Source of the DNA: an uncultured Halioglobus sp.
GTDB taxonomy: Bacteria > Pseudomonadota > Gammaproteobacteria > Pseudomonadales > Halieaceae
Assembly: GCA_964519755.1 (NCBI GenBank)
Contig: CAZFJQ010000002.1
Location: 83,307-147,306, forward strand
DNA length: 64,000 nucleotides
Direction: 5' to 3'
Under the pieces are notes generated by a model. That model was not told the DNA's origin, did not search any database, and saw only the letters and a list, made by a program, of their open reading frames with translations. This document shows positions 9,142 through 20,058 of the stretch, one piece after another (the first letter of the stretch is position 1; the number at the start of each line of letters is the position of its first letter). Position numbers and translations under genes: made by a program.

Positions 9142-10401
9142 ATGGAAGACAATATTTTTCAGTTACAGTATGCACTCGACACCTTTTATTTCCTGGTGTG
9201 TGGTGCTCTCGTTATGTGGATGGCCGCGGGCTTCTCGATGCTCGAGTCGGGCCTTGTGCGGGCCAAGAACACCACTGAAATTCTGCTCAAGAATGTGGCG
9301 CTATATGCAATAGCCAGCACAATGTACATGATCTGCGGTTATTCGATCATGTACGGTGGCGGGGAGTTCACGGCGTTTTTGGGCGGTATCGTCGCTGACG
9401 GTGTCGCCGGCGCGGAAGAGCCGGCAACCTACGCACCCTCGGCGGATTTCTTCTTCCAGGTCGTGTTTGTTGCAACCGCCATGTCCATCGTATCTGGCGC
9501 CGTTGCCGAGCGCATGAAGCTCTGGGCGTTTCTGGCATTCGCTGTAGTCATGACAGGGGTCATTTATCCGCTGCAAGGTTCCTGGACGTGGGGCGGTATG
9601 CCGGTATTCGGCATGTATACGCTGGGCGACCTCGGCTTCTCGGATTTTGCCGGCTCGGGCATCGTACACATGGCTGGTGCTTCTGCCGCTCTGGCTGGCG
9701 TCCTGCTGCTCGGAGCGCGCAAGGGCAAATACGGTGCCGATGGTTCGATCAAGGCGATACCGGGTGCCAACCTGCCGCTGGCGACCCTGGGCACCTTCAT
9801 CCTGTGGATGGGCTGGTTCGGCTTCAACGGCGGCTCGGTGCTGGCAACTGCCAGTGTTGAGAGCGCCAACGCGGTAGCGGTCGTCTTCATGAATACCAAT
9901 GCCGCCGCCGCCGGTGGTTTGATCACCGCATTGATCGTGGCGCGCATAATGTTCGGTAAAGCCGATCTGACCATGGCCTTGAATGGCGCGCTGGCGGGCC
10001 TGGTGGCGATCACTGCCGAGCCTTCAACGCCAACGCCACTGCAGGCAACCCTGTTTGGCGGTATGGGTGGCTTGCTGGTGGTCTTCGCCATCGTCACGCT
10101 GGATAAACTGAAGATCGATGACCCGGTGGGTGCAATCTCTGTGCACGGGGTGGTTGGTCTTCTGGGTCTGCTGCTGGTGCCTGTCACCAATGGCGAGAAT
10201 TCATCCTTCAGTGGTCAGCTGATCGGTGCGCTCACCATCTTCATCTGGGTGTTTGTTGCCAGCCTGATCGTATGGGGCATTCTCAAGGCCACTATGGGAA
10301 TCCGCGTCAGCGAAGAAGAAGAGTACGAAGGTGTCGACCAGTCCGAGTGTGGTATGGAAGCCTATCCGGAGTTCATCGGCACGAGCGGCAGCGGCCGATA
10401 A
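9142..10401 (+). CDS. amtB: Ammonium transporter AmtB
   Basis: A 419 aa polytopic membrane protein with the Amt signatures FAGSGIVHMAGASAALAGVLLLGAR and VHGVVGLLGLL. It is paired with glnK. Confidence 0.95.
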   Translation: MEDNIFQLQYALDTFYFLVCGALVMWMAAGFSMLESGLVRAKNTTEILLKNVALYAIASTMYMICGYSIMYGGGEFTAFLGGIVADGVAGAEEPATYAPSADFFFQVVFVATAMSIVSGAVAERMKLWAFLAFAVVMTGVIYPLQGSWTWGGMPVFGMYTLGDLGFSDFAGSGIVHMAGASAALAGVLLLGARKGKYGADGSIKAIPGANLPLATLGTFILWMGWFGFNGGSVLATASVESANAVAVVFMNTNAAAAGGLITALIVARIMFGKADLTMALNGALAGLVAITAEPSTPTPLQATLFGGMGGLLVVFAIVTLDKLKIDDPVGAISVHGVVGLLGLLLVPVTNGENSSFSGQLIGALTIFIWVFVASLIVWGILKATMGIRVSEEEEYEGVDQSECGMEAYPEFIGTSGSGR

Positions 10402-10438
10402 CACAAAACTTGCGGGCGCATTTTGCGATGCGTGCTTT

Positions 10439-10464
10439 GGGGGCCTTTCGGCCCCCTTTTTTTT
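10439..10464 (+). terminator. Rho-independent terminator after amtB
   Basis: GGGGGCC-TTTC-GGCCCCC is followed by TTTTTTTT. Confidence 0.85.
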
Positions 10465-10544
10465 GGTCCATACTTTGGTGCGGTGCACGGCCAGCTCCCG
10501 GGCCTGAAGCATCCACCCCTCCCCATAGAACAAGGACATTTCAA

Positions 10545-10745
10545 ATGCTCAAGCAAACCTTCGTCGGTGCGCTGGTTATGGCGCTTGCGCTGGCCCTCAC
10601 CGGCTGCGGCAGCAGTACCGAAACGACAGTACAAAACACGGAGACCCAGGGCCAACAGCTGATGGACCTGAAAGAAGCTTACGACAAGGGCGTCATTTCG
10701 GAAAAAGAATACAAGCGAACCAAGGAAAAAATCCTCAAACAGTAA
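10545..10745 (+). CDS. Small lipoprotein with a SHOCT-like C-terminal motif
   Basis: Trimmed to MLKQTFVGALVMALALALTGC (lipobox LTGC). The C-terminus LMDLKEAYDKGVISEKEYKRTKEKIL matches the SHOCT short oligomerisation motif. Confidence 0.6.
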   Translation: MLKQTFVGALVMALALALTGCGSSTETTVQNTETQGQQLMDLKEAYDKGVISEKEYKRTKEKILKQ

Positions 10746-10749
10746 TGCG

Positions 10750-11478
10750 CTAACCGGTGCCGTCCGGGGTGCGTGAAAGCCGCGCGCTGATGGACTGGAT
10801 GGCGCCGGGTAGTTCCCGCAAGTTGGTTATTTCGTGATCTGCCCGTTCTCCGCCTGGCCAGGGCTTGCCCCTGACATTCATCCACACCGTGTGCATTCCA
10901 ACACTGCGCGCACCGCGCACATCATGCTCGGCATCGTCCCCGACATGCACGATGCGGTCGGCAGCGACACCGGCGCGTTTCAAGGCAGCGTTAAACATGT
11001 CCGGGTGAGGCTTGCTCGCGCCTATGTCCTGCGCGAGAAACGCGAAATCAAAATATTCCGCAGCGTCGGTCTTGTAGATATCGGCGTTGCCGTTGGTGAG
11101 GGCTCCCAGCGTGTAGTCTCCGGCCAGTACCTGGAGAATTTCGAGAGCTTCTTCATACAGTTCCACCTTGTGCCGTTCATGCAGAAAGGCTGCAAAGGCC
11201 TCGCGCGCGCCACTGTCGGCCTCGCGCTCGCTGTAGCCGGCGTTCAACTGTAACTCAAGCAGAGTCTGAATCCGCATCTGCGTGACGTTGTGCGCAAGTT
11301 CGGGGTGACGACGCCACACGTCTTTCTTGAACTCGAACAGTGCTTCGTGATCCAGCAGTTCAGCCGCGCCCGGGCGATGCTGCAGTAGCCACTCCTGCTG
11401 TGCCTGCTCCGCGCGCAGCAGCGCGGGCTCTACATCCCATAGGGTATTGTCCAGGTCAAAGGTCACAACCTTGAGCAT
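10750..11478 (-). CDS. yigB: HAD-IA family hydrolase (YigB-like phosphatase)
   Basis: Trimmed to MLKVVTFDLDNTLWD (HAD motif I, DxD). It also has ALTNG, KPHPDMF and VGDDAEHDVRGA motifs. It follows xerC, as in the E. coli dapF-yigA-xerC-yigB operon. Confidence 0.7.
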   Translation of the reverse strand: MLKVVTFDLDNTLWDVEPALLRAEQAQQEWLLQHRPGAAELLDHEALFEFKKDVWRRHPELAHNVTQMRIQTLLELQLNAGYSEREADSGAREAFAAFLHERHKVELYEEALEILQVLAGDYTLGALTNGNADIYKTDAAEYFDFAFLAQDIGASKPHPDMFNAALKRAGVAADRIVHVGDDAEHDVRGARSVGMHTVWMNVRGKPWPGGERADHEITNLRELPGAIQSISARLSRTPDGTG

Positions 11479-11482
11479 GCCG

Positions 11483-12403
11483 CTACTCGCTCTTGCGGCG
11501 CTTGGCCCTGGGGTGGGCGCTGTCGTACACCTTCGCCAGGTGCTGGAAGTCAAGGTGCGTGTAGATCTGCGTGGTGCTGATGTTGGCGTGCCCGAGCATT
11601 TCCTGCACGGCACGCAGGTCGCCACTCGACTCCAGCAAATGGGTGGCAAACGAGTGCCGCAGCATATGCGGATGCACATCCTGGTGCATTCCTGTCCGAC
11701 GGGCCTGCAGCCGCAGTCGTGCCTGGATGTTGCGAGCGCTGATTCGCCTGCCCCGGTTGCTGGTAAATAGTGGGTGAGCGGTCTCGTGCGGCGATTCGCG
11801 TCGCACTTTGAGCCACTCGGCAATAGCGGCGAGCGCAGCACCGCCCACCGGCACGGTGCGTGTTTTATTGCCTTTCCCGGTCGCCGTGAGCAGCCTGGCT
11901 CGCGGGTCGATATCGCCGATATTCAGCGCCGCGAGCTCTGCGAGGCGCAGGCCGGATGAATAGAACAGCTCCGCCATGGCGGAATCGCGCAGCGCGGCAG
12001 GGGATGTGCCATCAAAGACCAGATATCGGCTCATCTGATCTGTATCCAGTGTTTTTGGCAGGCGCCGCGGCTTGCGGGGAGCCTGCACACCCGCCGCCGG
12101 GTTGTATAGACGCCCCGTCTCCCGGGCCACGAACTGATAGAAAGAGCGGGTCGCGGATAGCTTGCGCTGGATGCTGCTGCCGGCCAGACCACTGCGGTGC
12201 ATGGCAGCGACCCAGCCGCGAATGTCCGCTTCCGTTATTTGCGCAGCGCAGTGACAGGACTGCGTCGCGCAGTACGCTTCCAGTGCGCGCAGGTCACGGC
12301 GATAGTTGCTGAGCGTATGCGCGGAAAGCCGGCGCACATCGCGCAGGTAACCCAGAAAGTTCTCCGCTGATTGAGCGAGCGGCGCGGTTGCGGCATCGGC
12401 CAC
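11483..12403 (-). CDS. xerC: Site-specific tyrosine recombinase XerC
   Basis: A 306 aa protein. The N-terminal core-binding region is FLGYLRDVRRLSAHTLSNYRRDL. The catalytic region is HMLRHSFATHLLESSGDLRAVQEMLGHANISTTQIYTHL. It sits in the conserved dapF-yigA-xerC context. Confidence 0.9.
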   Translation of the reverse strand: MADAATAPLAQSAENFLGYLRDVRRLSAHTLSNYRRDLRALEAYCATQSCHCAAQITEADIRGWVAAMHRSGLAGSSIQRKLSATRSFYQFVARETGRLYNPAAGVQAPRKPRRLPKTLDTDQMSRYLVFDGTSPAALRDSAMAELFYSSGLRLAELAALNIGDIDPRARLLTATGKGNKTRTVPVGGAALAAIAEWLKVRRESPHETAHPLFTSNRGRRISARNIQARLRLQARRTGMHQDVHPHMLRHSFATHLLESSGDLRAVQEMLGHANISTTQIYTHLDFQHLAKVYDSAHPRAKRRKSE

Positions 12404-12409
12404 CGCGAG

Positions 12410-13114
12410 TCACTCGCCGGCGGGTTGCAGGCGCGGCAGCAGCCTGACGATGACGTCCGCGATGTGTGAGAGGAACATCGTTCCGACGCCGCTGTTGTAG
12501 CGATTGGCATCTGAACTACCCACAGCGATCAGGCCGAGCTGTTGATCGTCACGGCACAGCGGCATGAGTGCCGCGGAGCCGACTTCGCTGCCGCCCGGGA
12601 ACAGGAACGCGAGCTCTTCCTTGCGCAGCGTGCCGGCGACCGCTTTGTGACTGCGAATGAGCGGGCCGATTTCACCCTGTGTCTGCTCAAGGCTTTCAAC
12701 GCGGTAGTTCCCCTGGGTATCGCTGTCACCGTAGAGGATCATGCAGGCGTGGTCCACGTTGAAGGCTTCGAGCATGCCGCGGGTGAACACCGCGTACAGG
12801 GCGTCTATGGAATTGGCTTCCAGCAGTTGCAGAATGAGAACCCGGGACTGTTCGTACAGCCTGTCATTCTCGCGGGCATTACCGGTGAGCGTGTTCAGGC
12901 GATGACGCATATCCATGTTGCGTTCACGCAGAACACTGACCTGCTTCTCAACCAGCGATACCGCGCTGCCGGATTGATGGTCTACGTGCAGGTAGTCAAG
13001 TAGATCCGGATTGCGCTGCAGGAAATCGTCGTGTGTCTTCAGATAGTTGCGCACCAGATCGTCGTTGAGTTCAAATGGCTCGAGAGCCGCGGCCTGCTCT
13101 TTGTTGGCTGGCAT
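12410..13114 (-). CDS. yigA: DUF484 family protein (YigA-like)
   Basis: Trimmed to MPANKEQAAALEPFELNDDLVRNYLKTHDDFLQRNPDLL, a typical DUF484 N-terminus. It lies between dapF and xerC. Confidence 0.75.
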   Translation of the reverse strand: MPANKEQAAALEPFELNDDLVRNYLKTHDDFLQRNPDLLDYLHVDHQSGSAVSLVEKQVSVLRERNMDMRHRLNTLTGNARENDRLYEQSRVLILQLLEANSIDALYAVFTRGMLEAFNVDHACMILYGDSDTQGNYRVESLEQTQGEIGPLIRSHKAVAGTLRKEELAFLFPGGSEVGSAALMPLCRDDQQLGLIAVGSSDANRYNSGVGTMFLSHIADVIVRLLPRLQPAGE

Positions 13115-13202
13115 GGTTGGTATCCCCCGTTCGTTGCTGAGCCCCGCCGTGCGGCATGCCGCCATGCGTGGTTTGGTCGTTTGTACATGCCCTGCATGGC
13201 GG

Positions 13203-14033
13203 CTAGATTTTTATGCTTCCTTCGAACACCATTTCAGTCGGCCCGATCAGGTAAACCGGCTCGCCCTCACCGGCCCATTTCACCGTTAGCTTACCCCCAG
13301 GCAGCTCCACTGTCACGGTATCGCGCAGCCATCCCCTGAGGTTGCCATAGACTACCGCCGCGCAAGCTCCGGAGCCGCAGCCCAGCGTTTCGCCCACGCC
13401 GCGTTCGTAAACCCGTAACCGGATCTGCTTGTCGGACATGACTTGCATGAACCCGGCATTTACCCGTCGCGGAAATGCCTTGTGGCCCTCGATTTGTGGG
13501 CCCAGCGTTTCGACCGGCGCGCTGGCCAGCTTCTTGACGCGCAGCACGGCATGGGGGTTGCCCATCGAGACCGCGCCGATATCGTACTCCACGCCATCCA
13601 CGCAGAGTGGATAGCAGCTTTGCCTGGCGGTGGCGACAAACGGTATGTTCGATGGCTCCAGTTCCGGTACACCCATATTCACTTCCACATCGCTGCGGTT
13701 GCGCATTCGCAGGGTCAGGACTCCTGTACTTGTCTCCACGCTTATCGACCGCTTGCTGGTGAGTCGCCGCTCACGCACGAAGCGTGCGACACAGCGCGCG
13801 CCGTTGCCGCATTGTTCCACCTCCTCACCGGTGCCGTTGAAAATACGATAGCGGAAGTCGACTTCGGGGGTGCGCGGGGCCTCCACCAGGAGCACCTGGT
13901 CGCAGCCGATTCCGAAATGACGGTCTGCCAGCCGGCGGATGTCCTCGGGCCTGGGCCTGAAGTTCTGGCTGATCAGGTCCAGAACGACAAAATCGTTACC
14001 CGTGCCCTGCATTTTCGTGAACTGCAGCTGCAT
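13203..14033 (-). CDS. dapF: Diaminopimelate epimerase
   Basis: [19 protein letters not shown] plus the two catalytic Cys contexts ([16 protein letters not shown] and [11 protein letters not shown]). It is 276 aa. Confidence 0.95.
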   Translation of the reverse strand: MQLQFTKMQGTGNDFVVLDLISQNFRPRPEDIRRLADRHFGIGCDQVLLVEAPRTPEVDFRYRIFNGTGEEVEQCGNGARCVARFVRERRLTSKRSISVETSTGVLTLRMRNRSDVEVNMGVPELEPSNIPFVATARQSCYPLCVDGVEYDIGAVSMGNPHAVLRVKKLASAPVETLGPQIEGHKAFPRRVNAGFMQVMSDKQIRLRVYERGVGETLGCGSGACAAVVYGNLRGWLRDTVTVELPGGKLTVKWAGEGEPVYLIGPTEMVFEGSIKI

Positions 14034-14034
14034 G

Positions 14035-15315
14035 TCAGTCTCTACCGGTGCCGTCCCGCGGCGCGCTGGTGGGCAGGCGGTGTTCTCCCCGCAACAGGTC
14101 GGCGATGGATTCGCGCTCCCGCACCAGATACACGTTCTCGCCGTCGACCATGATCTCGGGGGGGCGACCGCGGGTGTTGTAGTTGGAGCTCATGGCGAAG
14201 CCGTAGGCACCCGCGCCGAACACGGCGAGCAGGTCGCCCTGCCTGAGATTCAGCGCGCGATCCTTGCCCAGAAAGTCAGCCGTCTCACACACCGGCCCCA
14301 CAACGTCCCAATGCGCAAGCTGTCCGTTTTCGCGGGGCGCAACCGGTTGAATGTCCAGCCAGGCCTGGTAGAGCGCCGGACGGAGCATGTCGTTCATGGC
14401 GGCGTCCACCAACGCGAAGTTGTGTTCATCCGTGGTTTTCAGATAAGCGACCCGTGTTACCAGCAGTCCGGCATTGGCGGTGATGGAACGGCCCGGCTCA
14501 AACAGCAGTCGCAGCTCACGTCCGGCGAGCTCTTGCCGAATGGCGCCAATGTAGTCTGCAATCGACGGTGGCTCCTCGTCACGATAGCGCACGCCCAGGC
14601 CACCGCCCAGGTCCAGGTGATGCACGCGGATACCCTTGTCCTGTAGCGCATCGAGCAGGCTGAGCAGGCGCCGAAGTGCGTCGATAAAAGGTGCTATGGA
14701 GGTGAGCTGCGAACCGATGTGGCAGTCCAGGCCAACAATTTCGATATGCTCCATCGCCGCAGCGCGCGCATACATCTCCAGCGCATCGTGCATGCTGACA
14801 CCAAACTTGTTTTCGCGCAGCCCGGTGGAAATGTAGGGGTGGGTCTGTGCGTCTACGTCCGGATTGACGCGCACGGAGATGGGCGCACTTCTGCCCAGCC
14901 GTGCGGCGACATCGTTGAGAACTTCAAGTTCAGCGGCCGATTCCAGGTTGAAGCAGTGGATACCGAGTTCGAGGGCGCGGGCCATTTCGGCGGCTGTTTT
15001 GCCCACGCCGGAGAAAACGATGCGTGCGGGATCACCGCCCGCCGCCAGTACCCGCTCCAGCTCACCGCCGGAGACGATATCGAAACCCGCGCCCAGGCGC
15101 GCGAGCACCTCGAGAACGGCAATATTGGAATTTGCCTTGACGGCGTAACAGACGAGATGATCGCAGCCCTCGAGTGCCTGCTGATACTGCAGGAAGGCGC
15201 TGGTCAGCGCGGCTCGCGAGTAAATGTAGCAGGGTGTGCCGTGGTTTTCTGCAATCCCGGCCACCGCAACCTGCTCGGCAAACAGTTGGTCTTCACTGTA
15301 GGTGAAAGCACTCAT
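14035..15315 (-). CDS. lysA: Diaminopimelate decarboxylase
   Basis: A 426 aa protein. [11 protein letters not shown] carries the PLP Lys. It also has DLGGGLGV and CETADFL motifs, and sits directly upstream of dapF. Confidence 0.95.
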   Translation of the reverse strand: MSAFTYSEDQLFAEQVAVAGIAENHGTPCYIYSRAALTSAFLQYQQALEGCDHLVCYAVKANSNIAVLEVLARLGAGFDIVSGGELERVLAAGGDPARIVFSGVGKTAAEMARALELGIHCFNLESAAELEVLNDVAARLGRSAPISVRVNPDVDAQTHPYISTGLRENKFGVSMHDALEMYARAAAMEHIEIVGLDCHIGSQLTSIAPFIDALRRLLSLLDALQDKGIRVHHLDLGGGLGVRYRDEEPPSIADYIGAIRQELAGRELRLLFEPGRSITANAGLLVTRVAYLKTTDEHNFALVDAAMNDMLRPALYQAWLDIQPVAPRENGQLAHWDVVGPVCETADFLGKDRALNLRQGDLLAVFGAGAYGFAMSSNYNTRGRPPEIMVDGENVYLVRERESIADLLRGEHRLPTSAPRDGTGRD

Positions 15316-15324
15316 ACCTGCTTG

Positions 15325-15483
15325 TCACGCTGCATCGCGGGTGGATTCGCCGCCCGCTTGCGGGCGTGCCGCACCGTCCTCGCCTGGTGGTTCTGCGGGC
15401 ATATACAGTGGCCCCATCTGGCCGCAACCGGGAATGGTGGCCAGGACAAAAGCTGTCAGCAGTGTGGCGATGAGACGTCGCAT
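15325..15483 (-). CDS. lptM: Small lipoprotein LptM (YifL family)
   Basis: Trimmed to MRRLIATLLTAFVLATIPGCGQMGPLYMP, a lipobox followed by the conserved G(P)LY.P motif. It lies upstream of lysA/dapF, as in other gammaproteobacteria. Confidence 0.7.
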   Translation of the reverse strand: MRRLIATLLTAFVLATIPGCGQMGPLYMPAEPPGEDGAARPQAGGESTRDAA

Positions 15484-15639
15484 GGTTGCGGCTCCGGCTG
15501 CGTTGGCGCGCATTATAGCGTTCGCTGGTATACGGCGCGAACTGCGCTTACCATTGAAAAGTCACACTTTGTCGTTACGCTTTCTGGCGTAGCGTGAACG
15601 ACGGTTCTTGTTTGCTGGGGAAAGCGCCTCTTGAATGTC

Positions 15640-16626
15640 ATGTCGATCCGGATCCTGGCCTCGAGCCTGCTGCTTTGTCCCGCATTGGAGGCTTTGGCGG
15701 CCCCACCGCCAGGCACCAGCGAGCCGCTATACGTAAGGAATCTCAGCCCCGTCGCGGGGCTGTTTGGCCTGCCTTCCCAGCGGGCCGCGAACACCACGCC
15801 AGCCGGCGCGGTGACGGCGAGCCTGCATGGCAGCATTGCGAGCCATTATGTGAGTGACAACAGTCGCCGGGAGTTTATTAATCTCGACGGCGAAACGCGC
15901 AGGCTGGCGCTGGAGTTGCGTTTCGGCATCCGCGAAAACTGGGACATACAACTGGAATTGCCCTGGCTGGATCACTCCGGCGGCGACCTCGACCGGTTGA
16001 TCGATGACTGGCACGACCTCTGGGGCATGGCGGATGGGGGCCGCGACGATGCGCCACGGGATGCGCTGGATTATCGCTACGCCACGGCGAATGGCTCGCT
16101 GAGCCTGGCCGACGACGCCTCGGGCCTCGGCGATGTCAGTCTGAGCATTAGCCATGCGTTCTACCGCACCGAAGATGCGGTAGCCAGCGCTGTACTCGGA
16201 TACAAGTTTGGTAGCGGTGATCTGGCGGAATTCAGCGGTAGCGGTGCCGATGATGTGTACCTGGCAGTGCGTATGTCGGGCGATCACCTGTCGGGCCTGC
16301 CGCTTGTCTGGCACGGACAGGTGGGCTATCTCCGCGCCGGCAGTGTAGACGGGATAAGTCACTTGCAGCAGCGTGATCTGTGGTTTGCGGGTCTCAGCAT
16401 GGACTGGCGTTTCGCTGCGCAATGGTCGGCTATCGTGCAGTTGGACAGCCACGCCGCGCCGCTGTCCAGTGATCTCACCGCAGTGGGTGAGGAAGCCTTT
16501 CTGCTGTCTGGAGGTGTGCGTTGGCGATTCGCCAGTCGCTGGCAGCTCGATCTCAGCGTGGTGGAGGATATCGGCGTCGGGACAGCGCCAGATGTCGTGT
16601 TCCAGGCGAGTATTCGCCGTTTTTGA
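15640..16626 (+). CDS. DUF3187-family putative outer-membrane protein
   Basis: It has a signal peptide (MSIRILASSLLLCPALEALA) and then PLYVRNLSPVAGLFGLP. The rest has an alternating beta-strand-like pattern and ends with an aromatic residue (IRRF). The family assignment is from memory of the N-terminal motif. Confidence 0.55.
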   Translation: MSIRILASSLLLCPALEALAAPPPGTSEPLYVRNLSPVAGLFGLPSQRAANTTPAGAVTASLHGSIASHYVSDNSRREFINLDGETRRLALELRFGIRENWDIQLELPWLDHSGGDLDRLIDDWHDLWGMADGGRDDAPRDALDYRYATANGSLSLADDASGLGDVSLSISHAFYRTEDAVASAVLGYKFGSGDLAEFSGSGADDVYLAVRMSGDHLSGLPLVWHGQVGYLRAGSVDGISHLQQRDLWFAGLSMDWRFAAQWSAIVQLDSHAAPLSSDLTAVGEEAFLLSGGVRWRFASRWQLDLSVVEDIGVGTAPDVVFQASIRRF

Positions 16627-16644
16627 CGCCCGGACGCCGGTTGC

Positions 16645-18066
16645 TCAGGCTGTCGAGCGCGCTTCCAGGCGTGCCATGGCGCGTTGTGCTGCTGCCGCCA
16701 CCTGAGCGGGCGCGGTGCCGCCGGGGTGATCGCGGGCCGCAACGGAACCGTCCAGCGTGAGCACGTCGAACACATCCTCACCGATATCCCCGCAAAAATC
16801 CTGCAGGGTCGCGAGGCTCATCTCGGCAAGATCCAGCCCGGTTGCGACGCCGTGGGCTACTGCGCGGCCGACCACATCATGCGCGTCGCGAAACGGCAAG
16901 CCCCGCCGCACCAGGTAGTCGGCGAGATCGGTAGCGGTGGAGAAGCCGCGCAGCGCCGCGGTGCGCATGGCGCTGACATTCGGGCGCAGCGCCGGCACCA
17001 TGTCGGCGAAGGCGCGCAGGGAGTCAAATACCGTGTCCACCGTGTCGAACAGGGGTTCCTTGTCTTCCTGGTTGTCTTTGTTGTACGCCAGTGGCTGGCT
17101 TTTCATCAGTGTCAGCAGGGCGACGAGGTGGCCATTCACGCGACCGACCTTGCCGCGCACCAGCTCCGGTACATCGGGGTTTTTCTTCTGTGGCATGATG
17201 GAAGAGCCAGTGCAGAACCGGTCCGGCAGTTCGACGAAACTGAACTGTGCCGAGGTCCACAACACCAGTTCTTCTGACATGCGCGAAAGGTGCGTCATGA
17301 GCATTGCCGCGAAGGCACAGAACTCGATTGCAAAATCGCGATCGGAGACCGAGTCGAGGGAATTTTCGGTGGGCTTGTCAAAGCCCAACGCGTTCGCGGT
17401 GAACTCACGGTCGATCGCATAGGTAGTGCCGGCCAGTGCCGCGGCGCCCAGCGGTGACTGGTTGAGCCGCGCGCGGCAGTCCATCAAACGGCCGTAATCC
17501 CGCTCAAGCATCTCGTTCCAGGCGAGCAGGTGGTGCCCGAAAACCACGGGCTGGGCAGTTTGCAAGTGCGTGAAACCGGGCATGATCGTGGTGGTGTTGT
17601 CTGCCGCGAGACCAATAACGCCCGCCTGCAGGCGCCCCAGCTCGGTGGCGATGTCATCAATTGCGGCGCGCAGGAACAGTCGAATATCGGTCGCCACCTG
17701 ATCGTTGCGCGAGCGGCCGGTGTGCAGCTTCTTGCCGGTGACGCCGATCAACGCGGTCAGGCGCGCTTCAATGTTCATGTGCACGTCTTCCAGTTCGATG
17801 GACCAGGGGAACTCGCCGCTGTCGATTTCGGCGGCAACCTGGGCAAGGCCGCGCTCGATATCTGCAAGCTCCTGCGCGCTCAGAATGCCCGTGGCCTGGA
17901 GCATGCGTGCGTGTGCCAGAGACCCCTCTATATCGTGGCTCGCCAGGCGCAGGTCGAAGTTGACCGACGCGGTAAAGCGCTGGACAAACGCGTCGGTGGG
18001 TTCGCTGAAACGTCCCCCCCAGAGTTTACTGGTGTCGCCGGGTTTGCTGCCGTGATCATCGTTCAT
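16645..18066 (-). CDS. argH: Argininosuccinate lyase
   Basis: Trimmed to [31 protein letters not shown]. It carries the fumarate-lyase signature [15 protein letters not shown]. Confidence 0.95.
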   Translation of the reverse strand: MNDDHGSKPGDTSKLWGGRFSEPTDAFVQRFTASVNFDLRLASHDIEGSLAHARMLQATGILSAQELADIERGLAQVAAEIDSGEFPWSIELEDVHMNIEARLTALIGVTGKKLHTGRSRNDQVATDIRLFLRAAIDDIATELGRLQAGVIGLAADNTTTIMPGFTHLQTAQPVVFGHHLLAWNEMLERDYGRLMDCRARLNQSPLGAAALAGTTYAIDREFTANALGFDKPTENSLDSVSDRDFAIEFCAFAAMLMTHLSRMSEELVLWTSAQFSFVELPDRFCTGSSIMPQKKNPDVPELVRGKVGRVNGHLVALLTLMKSQPLAYNKDNQEDKEPLFDTVDTVFDSLRAFADMVPALRPNVSAMRTAALRGFSTATDLADYLVRRGLPFRDAHDVVGRAVAHGVATGLDLAEMSLATLQDFCGDIGEDVFDVLTLDGSVAARDHPGGTAPAQVAAAAQRAMARLEARSTA

Positions 18067-18188
18067 GCCGGGAAGGTTTCCGTTGTGTCTGTTGTGTGGT
18101 TTCCATGGCCGCTTCTGGCACGGCCGGTGACTGTGATTGTTTGGTATTGTTAGCTCCGGGTAAGGGTGCAAGTATACCAGCAACAGGC

Positions 18189-19253
18189 ATGGGAGACGCG
18201 GCTATGGAGCCTGTCGGGGAGCAGGGGGATCGGGGCGCACGCGCGCGGGAATTCTTTATTCCTGATCTGTGTGCCCCGGGGTCGGTTTTCGTCGCCATTG
18301 TGTTGTCGGAACTGTTGCTGGTAGTGCACGTACTTGCGTCGAGCTCATTTGCCCGGTTCGACTGGAACCTGCTGGCGACTGCATCGCTTTTTGTGCAGTG
18401 GGTGGTGCTGTTGAGCGTCGCGCTGCTGTGTTACATGCGCGCGCCTCTCAGCCGCCTGAGCATGCCGCTGGCGTCGCTGAGCAGCCTGCTCGTGGTGGCG
18501 CTGGTCGCCATGCTGTCTACTTTTTTCATGTATCTGCTGTTTCCACTGGCTGTGCCTGTCCCCGACTACTGGACGCTGCTGCGCAACGCGCTGGTCGCCA
18601 CGATCCTGGCGGGCATAGTGCTGCGTTACTTCCATCTGCAACACCAGCTGCGGCGCCAGGAACAGCTCGAGCTGCAGGCGCGCCTGGATTCACTGCGCGA
18701 CCGCATGCGGCCACATTTCCTGTTCAATACCCTGAACGGTATCGCCAGCTTGATCATGTCGCAGCCGGAGACCGCGGAGCGCGCGGTGGAAGACTTGTCT
18801 GAGCTGCTGCGGGTGAGCCTGCAGGAGCGTTCGGCGAATACCACGGTAGCCGACGAACTGCGCCTCTGCGAACTGTATCTCGGGATTGAGAAACTGCGTC
18901 TGGGAGAGCGCCTGCAAACCGAGATCGAGGTGCAACCGGGCTGTCTGGACAAACCGATGCCCGCGCTGATAATGCAGCCTTTGGTGGAAAACGCCATTTA
19001 CCATGGGGTCTCGCGGTTGCCCGACGGCGGCCTGGTGCGTATCGAGGTGAGTCGTCAGGCCGGGGAGATCACCGCCAGCGTGGTCAATCCGCTGCCGGAG
19101 GAGGCGGTTGAGTCACGCGGCCACCAGCTAGCCCTGGCGAATATTCGCCAGCGCCTGGATGCGCTGTACGGCGCCAACGGCAGGCTGGAAGTGATGCCAC
19201 AGGCGCAGCAGTTTCGGGTGTGCTTGCGGTATCCCCTGGAGCGCCCCGGATGA
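18189..19253 (+). CDS. algZ: LytS/YehU-type sensor histidine kinase (AlgZ/FimS-like)
   Basis: Four N-terminal TM helices are followed by [16 protein letters not shown] (His_kinase H-box) and the ATPase region [14 protein letters not shown]. It is divergent from argH and its stop overlaps the algR start (ATGA). The start could be 18189 or 18204. Confidence 0.8.
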   Translation: MGDAAMEPVGEQGDRGARAREFFIPDLCAPGSVFVAIVLSELLLVVHVLASSSFARFDWNLLATASLFVQWVVLLSVALLCYMRAPLSRLSMPLASLSSLLVVALVAMLSTFFMYLLFPLAVPVPDYWTLLRNALVATILAGIVLRYFHLQHQLRRQEQLELQARLDSLRDRMRPHFLFNTLNGIASLIMSQPETAERAVEDLSELLRVSLQERSANTTVADELRLCELYLGIEKLRLGERLQTEIEVQPGCLDKPMPALIMQPLVENAIYHGVSRLPDGGLVRIEVSRQAGEITASVVNPLPEEAVESRGHQLALANIRQRLDALYGANGRLEVMPQAQQFRVCLRYPLERPG

Positions 19254-19993
19254 AGGTGCTGGTGGTGGATGACGAAGCGCTGGCCCGCCAGCGTTTGCGG
19301 CGGCTGCTCGCACGTGTGCGCCCGCAAGCGCAGTGCCTGGAAGCCGATGGGGGCGAGGCGGCGCTCAAGCAGGTGCAGCAGCATGAGCCGGACCTCGTGC
19401 TGCTGGATATCCGTATGCCGGGCCTGGATGGGATTGAAGTGGCGGGGCGTCTCGATGCGCTTGCCGATCCACCGGCGGTGGTCTTCTGTTCAGCCTATGA
19501 TGAGTATGCACTGGAGGCCCTGCGGCACCAGGCGGTTGCCTATCTGCTGAAACCCGTGCGTGAAATCGAGTTGGCGCGGGCGCTGGAAAACGCGGCGCGG
19601 GTCAACCGGGTGCAGTTGGCGAGTCTGCTTGAGCGAGGTGAGCCACAGGAGCAGACGGCGCAGCGTTCCCGCGTGAGCAGTCAAACCCATCGCGGCCTGG
19701 AGACGCTCGCTGTGTCGGACATCCGCTGTTTTATCGCTGGTGACAAATACGTCACGGCCTACACCGATGAGGCCGAGCTGGTCATTCCAGACACCCTGAA
19801 AGAGCTGGAAGCGGAATTCGACGGACGGTTCATGCGGGTGCACCGAAATGCCCTGGTGGCACTGGCGTATGTCGAGGCGCTGGCGCGACAGCGGGATGGC
19901 GGCTGGTATGTAGCGCTCGACGGTCTGGCCTTGCAGCCCCAGGTGAGCCGCCGGCACCTCAAATCGGTAAAGACACAGCTGCGTGCACGCTGA
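19250..19993 (+). CDS. algR: LytTR-family response regulator (AlgR-like)
   Basis: [20 protein letters not shown]...LDIRMPGLDG is the receiver domain. A C-terminal LytTR domain follows (IRCFIAGDKYV...HRNALV). Confidence 0.85.
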   Translation: MKVLVVDDEALARQRLRRLLARVRPQAQCLEADGGEAALKQVQQHEPDLVLLDIRMPGLDGIEVAGRLDALADPPAVVFCSAYDEYALEALRHQAVAYLLKPVREIELARALENAARVNRVQLASLLERGEPQEQTAQRSRVSSQTHRGLETLAVSDIRCFIAGDKYVTAYTDEAELVIPDTLKELEAEFDGRFMRVHRNALVALAYVEALARQRDGGWYVALDGLALQPQVSRRHLKSVKTQLRAR

Positions 19994-20058
19994 GTGGCGG
20001 TCGATGTGGTTGCCACCCACTGTTATCATGACGGGCTTTCCGTAGCGGGGATCACTGC

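Noticed and set aside
11483-12403. Tyrosine recombinase as a marker of an integrated mobile element.
   Set aside because: It lies in the conserved dapF-yigA-xerC-yigB housekeeping context and has XerC-type motifs. There are no flanking repeats, tRNA gene, phage genes or obvious compositional shift.
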